Shown here: positions 63,701 to 64,000 of the stretch, one piece after another
Layout of the letters: each line of letters starts with the position of its first letter
Numbering within the stretch: the first letter of the stretch is position 1
Assembly: GCA_964016885.1 (NCBI GenBank)
Contig: OZ024740.1
Coordinates: 48,670,001-48,734,000, forward strand
DNA length: 64,000 nucleotides
Direction of reading: 5' to 3'
Source: Eledone cirrhosa
Taxonomy: Eukaryota
Notes under the pieces: generated by a model
Databases searched by the model: none
Told to the model about the DNA's origin: nothing
What the model saw: only the letters and a program-made list of their open reading frames with translations
Position numbers and translations under genes: made by a program

Positions 63701-64000
63701 ATTCAAAAGCTGAAGACGTGCTGCTGTTTAATCTCGGTATTGTCTAGAACAAGCAGACCTATGATCAAAATCTAAAGACTTGCTACTGTTTAATCTCAGT
63801 ATTGTCCAGAAGAAGCAGACCTATGATCAAAAGCTGAAGACTTGCTGCTGTTTAACCTCAATATAGTCCAGAACAAGCAGACCTATGATCAAAAGCTGAA
63901 GACTTGCTGCTGTTTAACTCAGTATTGTCCATAAGAAGCAGACCTATGATCAAAAGCTGAAGACTTGCTGCTGTTTAACCTCAGTATTGTCTAGAATATG
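27777..64000 (+). repeat. 62-bp satellite DNA array, ~580 head-to-tail copies, continuing past the window end
   Basis: Consensus GACCTATGATCAAAAGCTGAAGACTTGCTGCTGTTTAACCTCAGTATTGTC(C/T)AGAA(G/C)AAGCA; period 62 (e.g. 36821 to 36883); no TE insertions or orientation switches seen. Confidence 0.98.

Noticed and set aside
27777-64000. CRISPR array
   Set aside because: No unique spacers; the whole 62-bp unit is repeated with point variants, the context is eukaryotic and no cas genes are present.

Overview
AT-rich eukaryotic (metazoan) genomic DNA; the repeat families suggest a cephalopod such as octopus, though this is inferred. The first ~27.7 kb holds two convergent spliced genes that the ORF track largely misses. 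(1) Plus strand, 1342-11802: the last 8 coding exons of a gene encoding a TIR domain with the catalytic-type Glu motif (SKYCKDEL), a Cbl-like EF-hand-type segment and C-terminal HEAT repeats; all introns are GT-AG and all phases match. (2) Minus strand, 27572-17703: the last 3 coding exons of peroxisomal trans-2-enoyl-CoA reductase (PECR), ending in the PTS1 signal SKL. A 5'-truncated Penelope-like element (RT + GIY-YIG) begins 17 bp after the PECR stop, in sense and in frame, between a candidate 7-bp TSD. Introns and the intergenic region are filled with RTE LINE copies, tRNA-derived SINEs with long TSDs, and mariner-, piggyBac- and hAT-type MITEs. From ~27,777 to the window end (>36 kb, ~580 copies) there is an uninterrupted 62-bp satellite, apparently inside a PECR intron. 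It has irregular higher-order block duplications, layered variant zones and a quasi-palindrome template-switch variant, and its monomer resembles the end of a dispersed repeat present several times in the same window.
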